Source of the DNA: Psammoneis japonica | Lineage: Eukaryota | DNA length: 64,000 nucleotides | NCBI GenBank assembly: GCA_008632985.1 | Contig: QPGO01000004.1 | Coordinates: 62,001-126,000, forward strand | Direction of reading: 5' to 3' | Translations under genes and position numbers: made by a program | In this document: positions 62,964 to 64,000 of the stretch, piece by piece | How the letters are laid out: each line of letters opens with the position of its first letter | How positions within the stretch are numbered: the first letter of the stretch is position 1 | Notes under the pieces: generated by a model | Seen by the model: only the letters and a program-made list of their open reading frames with translations | The model's database searches: none | What the model was told of the DNA's origin: nothing

Positions 62964-64000
62964 ATGATGATCCTTGGTCTGTGTTTGACGTTACTTGCTG
63001 GCGTCTCTTGCGCCCAAGCATACAGGAAACCAAATTTCATCGTCATCCTGACCGATGATCAGGGGTTCGATGATTATGGTTTTCGCCAGCCGCCGTTGGA
63101 AACACCAAACATGGACAAGTTGATGAACCATGGCGTGCAGTTTACCCGTTTCTATACCGCATCTGCTTGCGCTCCTACCCGCTCACAACTAATGACGGGG
63201 CGGAACTTTTGGCGCACGGGAACAGCCTCGGTGGGCTTTGGTGGAGATGCGCCACACCTCGATGAGTACCTTCTGGGAGAAGCCTTGCAAGATGCAGGAT
63301 ATGTAACGGGAATGGTTGGAAAATGGAACCTTGGTACATCCGACGCGGACCTTCCGCATCGGCGTGGCTTCAATGAAACTTGGGAAGTGATTGCAGAAGA
63401 AATAAGAAGCCGTGGCAAGTATTTTCCTTTCAGTGCGCCATTTGCTCACAACGGGTCTCCTGTTGGTGAAATACGGGGCTGGCAAGTAGAACGCATCACT
63501 GATAAAGGACTTGACTTTATTGAACGCCATACAGAAGAACCTTTCTTCCTTTATCTTCCCTATCCTCAACCACATGAACCGTGGGCTTGCCGATGGAAGT
63601 ATCAAGAGAAGTACATCAACAAGGGCATTGGAGAGTCCTACGCCATGCTCCTTGGTAATCTAGAGCAACTCGATTCCCAAGTTGGGCGAATTCTTGAAAC
63701 CTTGGAGAGGAACGACCTCTCTGATGACACTATTGTGTTTTTCTTTGGTGACAACGGCCCTACGCCCAAAACTCGACTCCTCCGTTGGCAAAACGACAGA
63801 TTCGAGCTGACTGGAGCTGAGTACACACTTAACGATACGGAGTGGGCTGCACGGAACCCTACAGGTCTGAGATCAAAAAAGGCAACTGGATGGGAGAATG
63901 CGGTTCGTAACCGGCTTGCTGTTTATTGCCCGGCTAAATTCAGGGCGAAAGAAGTTCAAGAAATGACTGTGGTGTACGATATCTATCCCACATTGCTGCA
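62964..64000 (+). CDS. Secreted formylglycine-dependent (S1) sulfatase, 3' end runs off the window
   Basis: Manual translation: signal peptide MMILGLCLTLLAGVSCA, KPNFIVILTDDQG, CAPTRSQLMTGR (CxPxR), GYVTGMVGKWNLG, PFFLYLPYPQPHEP, FFGDNG. Confidence 0.92.
   Translation, partial: MMILGLCLTLLAGVSCAQAYRKPNFIVILTDDQGFDDYGFRQPPLETPNMDKLMNHGVQFTRFYTASACAPTRSQLMTGRNFWRTGTASVGFGGDAPHLDEYLLGEALQDAGYVTGMVGKWNLGTSDADLPHRRGFNETWEVIAEEIRSRGKYFPFSAPFAHNGSPVGEIRGWQVERITDKGLDFIERHTEEPFFLYLPYPQPHEPWACRWKYQEKYINKGIGESYAMLLGNLEQLDSQVGRILETLERNDLSDDTIVFFFGDNGPTPKTRLLRWQNDRFELTGAEYTLNDTEWAARNPTGLRSKKATGWENAVRNRLAVYCPAKFRAKEVQEMTVVYDIYPTLL

Overview
Eukaryotic nuclear DNA, most likely a pennate diatom: compact genes with short GT-AG introns, DUF6824 proteins, PLAC8, type II membrane proteins with Pro/Thr stalks, and a bipartite plastid-type presequence. 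About 25 ordinary genes are supported, including two FG-GAP-like propeller proteins, an RNase H-like protein, two sulfotransferase-like paralogs, a GH2 beta-galactosidase, AP-2 sigma, an ARM-repeat protein, a DOT1-like methyltransferase, RtcB, a JmjC protein, an ATP-dependent RNA-ligase-like protein, a patatin and a sulfatase. The most striking feature is three blocks (~12.1-22.6, ~30.8-33.3 and ~38.4-42.3 kb; about a quarter of the window) in which TpA is almost absent, CpG is strongly depleted and TpG/CpA are in excess. They hold decayed Crinkler-like, MYND and histone-H3-like relics and tandem duplicates. Codon changes in these relics (Tyr->His/Cys, Arg->Cys) and TG<->CA differences between duplicates point to a targeted TpA->TpG/CpA (A:T->G:C) hypermutation acting alongside CpG decay, the opposite direction to fungal RIP. 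Other items: an apparently plastid-targeted RtcB ending in a ValRS-like coiled-coil arm, an RNA-ligase gene sitting between a patatin gene and a decayed patatin copy, and a 184-nt hairpin. All calls are by eye; no searches were run.
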